Virus record (IMG/VR): IMGVR_UViG_3300037537_001028 | Length of the DNA stretch: 64,000 bases | Strand: one strand, 5' to 3' | DNA from: an uncultured virus (IMG/VR IMGVR_UViG_3300037537_001028) | Taxonomy: Duplodnaviria > Heunggongvirae > Uroviricota > Caudoviricetes | In this document: in pieces, positions 41,971 through 50,602 of the stretch | Position numbering within the stretch: the stretch's first letter is position 1 | Layout: the number at the start of each line of letters is the position of its first letter | Translations under genes and position numbers: made by a program | Notes under the pieces: generated by a model | Told to the model about the DNA's origin: nothing | Seen by the model: the letters and a program-made list of their open reading frames with translations, nothing else | Databases searched by the model: none

Positions 41971-42234
41971 TTACTCTGACATTATTTGTCGTATCTGCGC
42001 GTACTTCTTATTTATAAACGCAACAACATCGCAATCGGCTGCGTTTCTTTGCCGAAGGGATTTGATCTGATATTCAATGTGCCTCTTCATGTCGGACCGA
42101 ACGTGATCGCGCATGACAATCTTATCATGCTTTACCTTTCGCGTGACCTTCTTCTTCTCGGCCTTCTTTTGTAAATGTTTTGTTTTCACTTCTTCTTCTT
42201 TTCTAATTGCTTCTACAAACTCTTCATACTCCAT
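41971..42234 (-). CDS. hypothetical basic protein
   Basis: 87-aa ORF downstream of the structured RNA; its stop codon directly abuts the convergent 41611..41970 stop. Confidence 0.65.
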   Translation of the reverse strand: MEYEEFVEAIRKEEEVKTKHLQKKAEKKKVTRKVKHDKIVMRDHVRSDMKRHIEYQIKSLRQRNAADCDVVAFINKKYAQIRQIMSE

Positions 42235-42239
42235 ATATT

Positions 42240-42277
42240 AAAAAAAATGGTGGCGGGAGTATTTGTGTACCCGCACC
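42240..42277 (-). terminator. 3' hairpin/intrinsic terminator of the structured RNA
   Basis: Minus strand GGTGCGGG...CCCGCCACC followed by A and a run of 8 T. Confidence 0.65.
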
Positions 42278-42448
42278 TTTTCAGTACCCAGAAAACAAAT
42301 GTTTCAGATCTACTTACTTCGGACTCACCCGCGATTTTTCTCAACCGATTGGTCTCTGTACTTCTCGCAGTCGCTACGTTACCCCTTTGGGAGGGATTGT
42401 TCCGTCACACCGACCTCTCTCCGTCGAGAGAGGAAATTCGTCTTGCTT
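42248..42448 (-). ncRNA. ~200-nt structured RNA (candidate manA-like motif or novel)
   Basis: GC-rich intergenic segment bounded by a consensus promoter and a 3' hairpin plus U-run; perfect hairpin CCUCUCUC-gacg-GAGAGAGG; the family assignment is from memory only. Confidence 0.65.
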
Positions 42449-42453
42449 TACTT

Positions 42454-42482
42454 ATTCTAACAAAAACTTATTCACTTGTCAA
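42454..42482 (-). promoter_or_regulatory. sigma-70-type promoter
   Basis: TTGACA-17 nt-TAGAAT on the minus strand. Confidence 0.85.
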
Positions 42483-42489
42483 GTCTTTT

Positions 42490-43200
42490 TTAAACCTTTT
42501 TTAGTCTAGCTATGAGTTCAAAAGTTTTAGTCTTAGGTATATCTTTAATTGAATCATACGACTCTGCTTTCTTAAAGCCTTCTTCCAGCAAACGAGATTT
42601 GACCATATCAAAAGATACCCCCTTTGCGTCCATAACTTTTTCTAATAGGGTGGCGGGATTGGAGTCTGTCTTTGCGGCAGAAGATTTTTGAGTGAAGGTT
42701 GATTGTTTCTGGCCTCCTCCCATCTCTTCTTGGCCAACGACGTTAATCCTGAGAAAGTTCCTTACACACCGAACAAAGGCTCTGTTTTCTGCCGTTGCTG
42801 CTAGGAAGTTGCAGGCAAAGCTATACGTATTATCTTGGTGTGCGTCTGCTAAAGCAGAGAACGTCGAAGAGAGGTTGTTGGTTTCGTAGTTGGGTAACCA
42901 TTCAATAGTGCAGCTAGTTGCAAAATACTCTTGGCTTGCGGCTACCACGTTGTAGCTCACTTGGGTAAAACCTCTAATTTGAGCCAGCTCTTTAATGCCT
43001 CCCAGAAGAATAAGTAGGTCTTTGTCTTCTAGTTGAGATACATCGGTTTGGTTTGTCCTTTGTTTATTGGCTACTAAAAAGCTTGTCCTGACCATTTTTC
43101 TCCAATCAACGGAGCCGTCTTCGTTGAATACGTAGTCAATTGGGGGTTTAACTAAAAGCCCTGCTTCGTTTCTTTGAAACGTTTTTTGATCTATAGACAT
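42490..43200 (-). CDS. single-strand annealing protein (Rad52/Sak/Erf-like superfamily)
   Basis: ADAH..N...AENRAFVRCVRNFLRI....EE resembles the conserved AExRAxxRA motif of phage SSAPs; linker plus small C-terminal helical domain. Confidence 0.55.
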   Translation of the reverse strand: MSIDQKTFQRNEAGLLVKPPIDYVFNEDGSVDWRKMVRTSFLVANKQRTNQTDVSQLEDKDLLILLGGIKELAQIRGFTQVSYNVVAASQEYFATSCTIEWLPNYETNNLSSTFSALADAHQDNTYSFACNFLAATAENRAFVRCVRNFLRINVVGQEEMGGGQKQSTFTQKSSAAKTDSNPATLLEKVMDAKGVSFDMVKSRLLEEGFKKAESYDSIKDIPKTKTFELIARLKKV

Positions 43201-43206
43201 ATACTA

Positions 43207-43235
43207 ATAATACCCTAAACTACCTTCTGAGTCAA
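43207..43235 (-). promoter_or_regulatory. sigma-70-type promoter (leaderless transcript)
   Basis: TTGACT-17 nt-TATTAT, with 6 nt between the -10 box and the ATG at 43200. Confidence 0.75.
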
Positions 43236-44438
43236 GGATAAATTTTGATCTTCTGTTATCCAAAAGAAATCCATTTCGTCCCAAAAGTCTTTTTTGTTAA
43301 TGATTGGTATTGGATCTGCGCTGAAATTATCTATTGTTACGTTGTTAAAATAAGCTGCTTTACCGGGGAATATCTTGTCTCCCTCTATGACAAACTTGCG
43401 GCTTCTAAATTTTAAATTCTTTACGTCATACTTTTCATGATTATATATTAATTCTTTACTCTTTTTCTCCAATGTTGCTATGGGTTTGTTTAAGTTTAAC
43501 AAATCATATTTAAGCTTTTTTAAAAGCTCTCCTTCTAAGTTTGTATAAACTGAGTTTTTAATATTTGCCCTGTCTAAGGCCCTCGAGAACTCAACATCAA
43601 ATGAATCATCCTCTATTAAATAAATAACTTGATCTATTAGATCCTTTACTTTTATTAACTTGTCTAAGGATAGGGGCTTGTCTGTGACAATCAGGCCGGG
43701 GTTAGTCTCTAGTTGCTCTATCATAACTTCTTCATTGAAGTGATAGTCCATTCTTATAACGTGCCTGTCTTTCGGTGCTTTTTGGCTAAACTTTGCAACT
43801 GCAGACGGGACAACCTCAAGGAATTCCATGTTCCATTTGGGACCTATGTGGACAGTCTTGTGTTTTATGTTAGTGCTTATGCCTAGCATTTTAAAGATAG
43901 AGTAGGCCACCTTCTCTGGCTCTATTGTGTTGATTGTCTTAGGCTTCTCTTCTGTAGCGTAAGAATGCTTCAGTCCTTTTCTGTTTGACTCCAAGAGTAT
44001 AATATCGGCCTTTTTAGACCAGAATGGCCCGCAGTTCTGAATGGGGCTATGGGAATAAAGGCTTATCATTTTCTTATCGTATGCTGAGGCAATATGAGTA
44101 GCGAAGGAGTCTGTGCCAAGGTGCATTATTCCTCGTTTAATTAAATAGGCTGCTTGTGTTATAGACGTTTTACCTCTCATGTCGATACAGCCTTCGTAGG
44201 CTGGGTCAGACTTTTCTCCTAATTGGACTAAATCTATCTTCAATTGATTTAAAGGGGGAATAGCCATAGCTAAAACTTCTTTCCAGTAGTCGTAGTTCTT
44301 TGAGGGTTTAGAGAAAGGAGAGAAGGTTATGTACCTATCTGTTGGCAGGGGGCAGTACTTGTCCCTTATCTTTGCCCGAGTAATTTTTGCACCGCAGGAG
44401 AGTGCATACTGTTCTACTAAGTGCATAACTAGTTCCAA
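43215..44438 (-). CDS. glycosyltransferase, GT9 (heptosyltransferase-like) N-terminal domain
   Basis: KNYDYW...VQLG...DMRGKTSI..AAYLI....HLGTDSFATHIASAYDKKMISLY is the GT9 signature. Confidence 0.8.
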   Translation of the reverse strand: MELVMHLVEQYALSCGAKITRAKIRDKYCPLPTDRYITFSPFSKPSKNYDYWKEVLAMAIPPLNQLKIDLVQLGEKSDPAYEGCIDMRGKTSITQAAYLIKRGIMHLGTDSFATHIASAYDKKMISLYSHSPIQNCGPFWSKKADIILLESNRKGLKHSYATEEKPKTINTIEPEKVAYSIFKMLGISTNIKHKTVHIGPKWNMEFLEVVPSAVAKFSQKAPKDRHVIRMDYHFNEEVMIEQLETNPGLIVTDKPLSLDKLIKVKDLIDQVIYLIEDDSFDVEFSRALDRANIKNSVYTNLEGELLKKLKYDLLNLNKPIATLEKKSKELIYNHEKYDVKNLKFRSRKFVIEGDKIFPGKAAYFNNVTIDNFSADPIPIINKKDFWDEMDFFWITEDQNLSLTQKVV

Positions 44439-46351
44439 GTAAGGTCTAACGCTATCTTATCTTTACCATTATGTTGATAGTTAAACATTCTTTGTGTTCC
44501 TATGTGAGGTAGCAGGGCTACTTCAAAAAAGCCTTTATGGTCCCCTCTTCCTTCTAGCCAGAGCAGGTCATCCATCTTCTGGTTGTAGGGGATTATTTTA
44601 TATATGTTCTCGTTGCCTTCTACTACCTCAAAATGCTTGGGGTCTGTTGCAAAATAGATATTATAGTTTGGGCTTGGGTATGTTTCTGCTAGAGACTCTA
44701 GTATAGAAGTAGTTAAAAACACATCACCTATGCTTCCGGGCATGACTACTAATATACGTTTACCTTCGTCGTCTTCATCTAGGTAGTCTTCTATTTTAAA
44801 AGGTATGTTCTGTTGGTTCTCTTCCTGAGCTTTTTTTCTAAAGAAGTCTTCTATGTTTTTTCTGGGTATCTTATTGGCCATTTGGTTCATCCAATATTTG
44901 TGCCCGTCATTTCCTATATCTACCTGCATATTTAATATATGCTTGTATGCATATATCAGCCATTCGGCGTCATCTTGTATCTCCGGAATTTTTGCTTTAG
45001 GGTCTCTAGGTTTCCAGTCTAGTTTATCGAAGTCAAAGGTAGCGTAAGGGGCGGAGTCTATAAAGTCTTCCAGAAACTTGCCTGTCACTTCTGTTGAAAA
45101 TTTGCTGATAGCCCAGTCTCTGGCCTTCTTGCCTTTCTTAAGCCTTTCCTCTAGTGGCATGTGGAATACTTTATCTAGGTTCTCAGCTATAGAGTTTGGG
45201 CATGTTGAAGCTTTTCTGAATTGAGTGCCGTGCTCTCTGTATTCAGACCACTTGAGAGGAAGGGATCCTGAGCCTTTTTCGCAGCTCTCTTCTCCACAAC
45301 TGTAGTTTGTGACTAAGGTAATTAACTCTGTAAATTTGGCTTCTTGAACAGGAATTTCTTGCCCACCGCTGGTAAACGGGTGACAATAAGTGTCCATCAA
45401 ATTGTACACTTCGTTGAGTTGGGGTTCTTCGACACCTATGGAGACATGACATGTTACCTGAGAGTCTTTTGTTTTGCACGATTCGCATTGTAAGCCGTGT
45501 CCAGAATAAGGCTTTACCCAATACTCTTTGCAGTTCTTGCAAATATAAGTAGTTAATATTTCCGATTTGTCTATGCCATATTCTTCACATAGCCTATGGA
45601 TATTCCAGCCTTCTTTCCAGTGGGTATGAAATAAAAGATAAGATTTTTTATCAGGTTTATATTCTTTTTTCCACTTGGCATAGCCTTCTATTAGATTTGG
45701 TACAGACTTTCTTAATTGATTTCTAAATACAAAACCAATAATAAAAGCTTCCTCTTCTATGTTGAATTTTTTTCTTAGCTCTGCTCTCTTTTCATCCGAT
45801 AGTCTGCAAAAATCTTTATGGTTAATTGCTCCGTGTAGTGTCTTTATGTGTCCATGACCTAACCTAGCGAATTCTTTTTCGGCAAAGTTGCTCCAAACCC
45901 AAAAGTTTTTTATTTTAGGGGCTATCTTCACTGCATTTGGGTAAAGGGGTAGAGAATCTAAGGTTGTCCATATGGCTGAGGTTATTTTATCGTACCATTC
46001 TTTTTTAGTGCATGACTCTACTCCCCATATGTCTTGAGCACCTATAAAAACGTCTGGTTGGACTTTTTTTATTACTTCGTTTACGAAATATCCTCCGTAG
46101 TTGACGTCCCTTCCTTGTTCTGGGTCTTGGTTTAGTTTGACCAGTAGGTTTTGGTCCTTGGGCATGGTCCCAATGCACTTCCAAGGGGGTCTCTCTAGAG
46201 CTGGCTCTCCTTTAGTTGTTCCACAGCAATAGTGAAAGATCTCGTACTTACCTGTGTCATACAAGTACGAGAGAACTTCCTTAGCGTTTCTTCCGAAGCC
46301 TGTTTTTGCTAGAGAGGAGTCGCTTTGAAATAAAATCTTCTTCTTTTTCAA
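44429..46351 (-). CDS. GT-B (GT4-like) glycosyltransferase with CxxC insert and C-terminal GT9-like N-domain
   Basis: TGFGR, FRNQLRK, LNEVYNLMD...TSGGQEIPVQEAK; CKNC/CESC zinc-ribbon insert; C-terminal PGSIGDVFLTT. Confidence 0.8.
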   Translation of the reverse strand: MKKKKILFQSDSSLAKTGFGRNAKEVLSYLYDTGKYEIFHYCCGTTKGEPALERPPWKCIGTMPKDQNLLVKLNQDPEQGRDVNYGGYFVNEVIKKVQPDVFIGAQDIWGVESCTKKEWYDKITSAIWTTLDSLPLYPNAVKIAPKIKNFWVWSNFAEKEFARLGHGHIKTLHGAINHKDFCRLSDEKRAELRKKFNIEEEAFIIGFVFRNQLRKSVPNLIEGYAKWKKEYKPDKKSYLLFHTHWKEGWNIHRLCEEYGIDKSEILTTYICKNCKEYWVKPYSGHGLQCESCKTKDSQVTCHVSIGVEEPQLNEVYNLMDTYCHPFTSGGQEIPVQEAKFTELITLVTNYSCGEESCEKGSGSLPLKWSEYREHGTQFRKASTCPNSIAENLDKVFHMPLEERLKKGKKARDWAISKFSTEVTGKFLEDFIDSAPYATFDFDKLDWKPRDPKAKIPEIQDDAEWLIYAYKHILNMQVDIGNDGHKYWMNQMANKIPRKNIEDFFRKKAQEENQQNIPFKIEDYLDEDDEGKRILVVMPGSIGDVFLTTSILESLAETYPSPNYNIYFATDPKHFEVVEGNENIYKIIPYNQKMDDLLWLEGRGDHKGFFEVALLPHIGTQRMFNYQHNGKDKIALDLTWN

Positions 46352-46363
46352 ATTTGAAAGATT

Positions 46364-46909
46364 TTACCAAACAACTTCTTCGTCCGAGTCTTCTGTCTTT
46401 GGTGCGGAAGCTGTCTGAGGCTTATTGTAGCCGCCTTTCTTGGCTCCGCTTAGTGAGGCTTGAACCTCTTCAAGGGAGGCTTGAAATATAGCGTTCATAG
46501 AAAAAATAAAGTACCTTTTTAGGACCTCTGCTTCTCCGTATCTAAAACCCATCGAGAAGGTGGCTTTCTTCTCAGAGTCTTCTTTCGAGTCAGCGGTCAC
46601 TCTGAAATTGAATCCTTCGTTACCGCCTTGGGAGTATGGAGAAAAATTCATCTTAGTCGCCCTTGTTTGGGTTCCGTGATAAGCCGACCAGTCCGTCTTC
46701 ATGTCGATGGCGTTAATTAAAGAACCTAACTCCATTGTGTTCAGCTTGGTGATGCATTTATTATCGGCGTCAAACCTACCTGTCTTTGTTTTATCGTCCC
46801 AGCTCTTTTGCTTTATTAAGCTGGCGTATACGGATTTGTCTCTGGGGTTAACGGAAAAAGAACAAGCTGTTCCTGATACCTTCGGGTTTGCTTTATAGAA
46901 CTGAATCAT
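46364..46909 (-). CDS. probable ssDNA-binding protein (Whirly/PC4-like) with acidic tail
   Basis: beta-beta-beta-beta-alpha duplicated pattern (KLNTMELGSLI / FRYGEAEVLKRYF); acidic aromatic C-terminus EDSDEEVVW. Confidence 0.5.
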   Translation of the reverse strand: MIQFYKANPKVSGTACSFSVNPRDKSVYASLIKQKSWDDKTKTGRFDADNKCITKLNTMELGSLINAIDMKTDWSAYHGTQTRATKMNFSPYSQGGNEGFNFRVTADSKEDSEKKATFSMGFRYGEAEVLKRYFIFSMNAIFQASLEEVQASLSGAKKGGYNKPQTASAPKTEDSDEEVVW

Positions 46910-46918
46910 ACTTCAGTA

Positions 46919-46947
46919 AGTATACCTTAATCTTAAGTACTTGTCAA
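46919..46947 (-). promoter_or_regulatory. sigma-70-type promoter
   Basis: TTGACA-17 nt-TATACT, 9 nt before the ATG at 46909. Confidence 0.85.
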
Positions 46948-46948
46948 C

Positions 46949-46979
46949 AAAAAAAAGCTGCCCAAAAAATGAGCAGCTT
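46949..46979 (-). terminator. intrinsic terminator after hsp20
   Basis: Minus strand AAGCTGCTCA-loop-TGGGCAGCTT followed by a T-run. Confidence 0.85.
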
Positions 46980-47008
46980 AAAGAAGCTAAAATTCGGTTG
47001 CTACTTGC

Positions 47009-47422
47009 CTACTTTATGTCAACAGTTTTGTTTTTATCCTTTTCCCTTTTACTGATAGTGATACTCAGCATACCGTTTTCCATTTTTGCTTCTAAAGTTT
47101 CTGGATCGGCTTTCTCAGGTAGAGAGAAGGACTTGTTTGCCTCTACCTCTTGTCCTGCCGAGCTTCCTTTGGCTTCTACCTTCACTGCTCTATCTAGCGT
47201 TGTAACGGCGACATCTTCTTTGCTTAGTCCCGCCAATGGAATATACAGTGTGTAGCCATCTTCTGTCTCTTTAAAAAGAGAGCTGTTGCCGGACCTAGTT
47301 GATCCAAAGTCTCTCCAAGCATCAACCCAATCGTTGTATCCGGGGTCGAGGCTATCACTTACATAATCAAAAATATTTGATATGTTTCTTAATCCCATGT
47401 TATTTAATGTTAATGTACTCAT
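47009..47422 (-). CDS. small heat-shock protein (Hsp20/alpha-crystallin)
   Basis: ETEDGY..LAGLSKEDVAV...KSFSLPEKADPETLEAKMENGMLSITISK. Confidence 0.92.
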   Translation of the reverse strand: MSTLTLNNMGLRNISNIFDYVSDSLDPGYNDWVDAWRDFGSTRSGNSSLFKETEDGYTLYIPLAGLSKEDVAVTTLDRAVKVEAKGSSAGQEVEANKSFSLPEKADPETLEAKMENGMLSITISKREKDKNKTVDIK

Positions 47423-47437
47423 GTTAAAATATATAGT

Positions 47438-47454
47438 AGCAACAAGCGTGCCAA
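47438..47454 (-). promoter_or_regulatory. sigma-54 (RpoN) -24/-12 promoter
   Basis: Minus strand TTGGCACGCTTGTTGCT matches YTGGCACG-N4-TTGCW exactly, 15 nt upstream of the hsp20 ATG. Confidence 0.8.
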
Positions 47455-47589
47455 TTAAAAATTTGCTTATTCATTAAGGTTTTAAATAACTTTGCTTGGG
47501 AGGTTCAAAGCCTGTCCCGGTTTCTGACCCAGTAGGTGTGCCTTTATGTCTCTCTAGTAACTCTAATGCGTTATAAAACATAAGACTAT

Positions 47590-48159
47590 TTACATCATTC
47601 CAAGCTCTAGTTTAGCTCCATCTGACATCATGTCGTTACTCCAAGGTGGATCCCAGACTAATTGAACATCTACTTCATCGACGCCCTTAATACATAATAC
47701 TTTATTTTTGACATCATCTTGGAGCATTGGCCCCATACCGCAACCGGGTGCCGTTAGGGTCATTTTTATATCAACTCGCCACGACCCGGTAGGCTTAAAT
47801 GTTACTTCATCATAGAGAGGAGAAGCTTTGCGACTATAAATCAACCCTAAGTCAGCTAAATTTACTGGAATCTCTGGATCATAAACCGTTTTTAATTGCT
47901 CCCAAACCTGATCATCTAATTCTTCTTTGGTTGTAGCTTGAGTCGCTCTATCAGCTGGCGTCTCTTCTAGTTCAACGCCTAATGCATCTGCATCTTTGCC
48001 CTCAACGCGATACATGTTGCCTTTAACTACGACAGTATACGACCCTCCTAATGATTGAGTCATATAAGCAGGAACTCCTTTTGATAAAGTGACTTTATCG
48101 CCTGCTGGAATAATAGAAGCTTCTACATCTCGTGAGAAATTGAAAATGTCATTAGACAT
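47590..48159 (-). CDS. sufT: Fe-S cluster assembly protein SufT (PaaD-like/DUF59)
   Basis: N-terminal SRDVEA..IPAG...TQSLGGSYTV...MYRVEGKDADALG; DUF59 core VYDPEIPVN..DLGLIY...MTLTAPGCGMG...VWDPPW..MMSDGAKLELG. Confidence 0.9.
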   Translation of the reverse strand: MSNDIFNFSRDVEASIIPAGDKVTLSKGVPAYMTQSLGGSYTVVVKGNMYRVEGKDADALGVELEETPADRATQATTKEELDDQVWEQLKTVYDPEIPVNLADLGLIYSRKASPLYDEVTFKPTGSWRVDIKMTLTAPGCGMGPMLQDDVKNKVLCIKGVDEVDVQLVWDPPWSNDMMSDGAKLELGMM

Positions 48160-48161
48160 AA

Positions 48162-48758
48162 TTATTTCTTTCTTTCTTTATACCATTCGGCAAACTCTTT
48201 TGCGTAAGGAGCTAGTGTTTCTTTAATTTCCTCTTGGGTGGCGTCCTCTACGTGGGGCCATTCAATGGAGTAGTCTGCTTTTTCCATGAGCTTAGGATCG
48301 TTTCTTCTTTCGTCTTCGTTGGGAGGATCAAAATAAACTCTTTTCATATGAGGGCCAAAGGTTTCTATTTCGCAATATTTTTTAATATGAACTAAGACCC
48401 CTTTGTTCGTAGCTTTAATCCAATGTATCTCGTCGTTCTTATATTCTGCGTAGCGTATATCAGTGACAACGGAGGTGTGTTTAGATGCGTCAATCTTCTT
48501 TTGTGCTTTATCTGTCCAATACGTTCCTTTAGATTCATACCTCTTTATCCCTCCATAGAAAACTAAAAAATCTCTGACTTTATTCTTTTGCTCGAGGGAG
48601 CACTTTAAAATATCTATTCCATATTTTTGTAATATAAACCCTCTGGTCTCTTCCTTTAGGGGGTCTGCTAAGGCTATCCTTGTTCCTTTTATCTCTTTTA
48701 AAAGGAGTTTACAAAATAAATCCTTGCCAGATCCTGCTATTCCGCTTAGTCCTATCAT
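48162..48758 (-). CDS. deoxynucleoside monophosphate kinase
   Basis: IGLSGIAGSGKD P-loop, ALADPLK, VVTDIRY...NDEI. Confidence 0.85.
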   Translation of the reverse strand: MIGLSGIAGSGKDLFCKLLLKEIKGTRIALADPLKEETRGFILQKYGIDILKCSLEQKNKVRDFLVFYGGIKRYESKGTYWTDKAQKKIDASKHTSVVTDIRYAEYKNDEIHWIKATNKGVLVHIKKYCEIETFGPHMKRVYFDPPNEDERRNDPKLMEKADYSIEWPHVEDATQEEIKETLAPYAKEFAEWYKERKK

Positions 48759-49339
48759 AGCTTAGAGTGTAGTTCTGACAGCTTGCTTCCGCAAAAGTGC
48801 AGGGAGATTAAAAAGATACCAAGGCAAAACTTAATGGGCTTAAGTAGCGCGTGGGTGGTTCTATTCATCTTTTTATTGAAGCTCTCTGCTATTTCTTTCG
48901 CTCTGGCTCTAGCTTTCTTCCTTGTTTCTTGGTCCACTTCTTCTACTTCGTTTAAATCAACAGATACTAGGCAGCCTTTTCTAAATAAAGCATCATAAGA
49001 AACCCAGTAATCTTTTTCCTTTCCTTCGAAAACGCTATAGAAGTGGATAGACTTTGTCCTTTCTTCCTTTTTTATGCCTTTGTGTTTTTCTTTAAAATAT
49101 CCCCCCATTGAGTGGTTCTCGTCTTTAACAAAGAAGGGCTCGCTCTCGTGGAAGAAAAGTTCTCCAGCGCTAGACACAGACCAAGTGTCCATGGTTTTAG
49201 ACAGGTCTGTAGTCTGAAACTCCGTGTCGGACATATCGACTTCTTTTATTTCGTTAGGTAGTCCTTTTCTGGGGAGGTCTGCTTCAAAGAGAATGTGGTC
49301 AAACATGGCGGCTTGTTGGGGTGTATTTATTTCTTCCAT
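48755..49339 (-). CDS. hypothetical phage protein
   Basis: 194 aa, MFD...FQTxDL pattern seen in phage hypotheticals, hydrophobic C-terminus; overlaps neighbours. Confidence 0.65.
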   Translation of the reverse strand: MEEINTPQQAAMFDHILFEADLPRKGLPNEIKEVDMSDTEFQTTDLSKTMDTWSVSSAGELFFHESEPFFVKDENHSMGGYFKEKHKGIKKEERTKSIHFYSVFEGKEKDYWVSYDALFRKGCLVSVDLNEVEEVDQETRKKARARAKEIAESFNKKMNRTTHALLKPIKFCLGIFLISLHFCGSKLSELHSKL

Positions 49340-49536
49340 TATAGGGACCTTATATTAAACATATTTACAGTTTGAGCTGCAGAGTCTTTATTTCTGCGAA
49401 CGGAAAAGTGCTGAGTGTCTATAACGTCAACAACTCTTCCTATCCAGCTAGTGTTCGACTCTAGCACTCTCACGGTCTTGTCTATCATTCTCTTGTGTAT
49501 TTCGAGAACCTTGTTCTGATCTGTGTCTGTAATCAT
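49339..49536 (-). CDS. small hypothetical protein (SH3/Sm-like beta pattern)
   Basis: 65 aa, translationally coupled on both sides. Confidence 0.6.
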   Translation of the reverse strand: MITDTDQNKVLEIHKRMIDKTVRVLESNTSWIGRVVDVIDTQHFSVRRNKDSAAQTVNMFNIRSL

Positions 49537-49838
49537 ATGATGATGTTTTTATTTATTTTTTCGAATATAATGTTAATACCGTCTGATTTAGAACCTTCTA
49601 AAAGGTGTTCTCTAAAAAGCTTAACTTCTTTGTCGTCGAACTCTTTGATTAGTTTAAAAATATCCTGTTCGGCTATCTTTCTTAAACTGTCCTTCGCAGA
49701 GCTACAGCAACTTCTATTAGAAGTTTGGCACTTATTCAGAACCTCTTTCAGTTGAGGTATATCTAATATTACCAAAGGCTTGGACAAAAGTAAAGAACAA
49801 AATTCACTACAAGCTTTTACAACTATTAACTTAGTCAT
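49533..49838 (-). CDS. hypothetical protein
   Basis: 101 aa, in the operon, several Cys. Confidence 0.6.
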   Translation of the reverse strand: MTKLIVVKACSEFCSLLLSKPLVILDIPQLKEVLNKCQTSNRSCCSSAKDSLRKIAEQDIFKLIKEFDDKEVKLFREHLLEGSKSDGINIIFEKINKNIII

Positions 49839-50205
49839 TTTTTAAAAATAATTTGAAAAAACTAAAATAGAGAAATAGAGACATAGGGTAGCATACAAAG
49901 CCCATTAATATATTAAATGTGGCAATATAAGCAAAGACAATAGAGACCCAAAAACCAAGGCAATAGGAGCAGCTAATTAATTTATTAAAAAATGTTGGTT
50001 CTTTATAATATGCAAATTCTAAATAAGTCAGGTCCGGGTTTTCGTTGAATTGTTCTTCGTACTCTTTTATATAGGTGAACCTGCTCAGCCTAAAAAGCTT
50101 CAAGTACTCAACAAGCATGTCTGTGTGGAACCACGCTATCAAGACGCCGCATGTGGCTAGAGAAGCCCCAATTACGCTAGCTACCTGTACTGCCAAAGCC
50201 TCCAT
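49831..50205 (-). CDS. membrane protein with CxxCxxFW motif (DUF1360-like)
   Basis: KLISCSYCLGFWVS flanked by hydrophobic helices. Confidence 0.65.
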   Translation of the reverse strand: MEALAVQVASVIGASLATCGVLIAWFHTDMLVEYLKLFRLSRFTYIKEYEEQFNENPDLTYLEFAYYKEPTFFNKLISCSYCLGFWVSIVFAYIATFNILMGFVCYPMSLFLYFSFFKLFLKND

Positions 50206-50602
50206 CGGATCGTGCTGAGTCTTTTAATTCGTCTAACTCAACCCAGTCTATTGTATTACACTGTTCGAGTATCAGCTGGGCTACTCTATCTCCTTTTTTA
50301 AAAGGATAATCTTCGTTAGAAAGATTCTGTAGTACGACTCCAATTTCTCCTCTGTATCCTCCATCTATAACTCCTGCTAGTACATCGATACCTTTCTTAA
50401 CAGCAAGCCCTGACCTAGGAGCTACCCTTCCGTAATATCCCGGGGGGATTGCTATAGATATGCCTGTCTTAACTACTTTCCTTTTCCCGGCTAACACTAC
50501 CCCATCTCTCGTTGAGTAAAGGTCGTAACCGGCATCTAGGTCTGTTGATCTAGTCGGTATTACTGCCGTCTCTTCTAATTTTTTGATATATACGGATATC
50601 AT
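50177..50602 (-). CDS. dut: dUTP diphosphatase (trimeric)
   Basis: AGYDL, APRSGLA, GVIDGGYRGEI, RVAQLI, RSDGGFGSTG. Confidence 0.97.
   Translation of the reverse strand: MISVYIKKLEETAVIPTRSTDLDAGYDLYSTRDGVVLAGKRKVVKTGISIAIPPGYYGRVAPRSGLAVKKGIDVLAGVIDGGYRGEIGVVLQNLSNEDYPFKKGDRVAQLILEQCNTIDWVELDELKDSARSDGGFGSTGS

Noticed and set aside
42248..42320. tRNA gene suggested by the minus-strand ...CCCGCCACCA end
   Set aside because: No TTCGA T-loop or cloverleaf; the segment folds as a single hairpin.
42175..42509. Three overlapping + strand ORFs across the structured region
   Set aside because: They are antisense to a promoter-terminator unit, have no recognisable motifs, and probably reflect local GC richness.
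47438..47460. CIRCE (HrcA) operator upstream of hsp20
   Set aside because: There is no TTAGCACTC-N9-GAGTGCTAA inverted repeat; the sequence fits the sigma-54 consensus instead.
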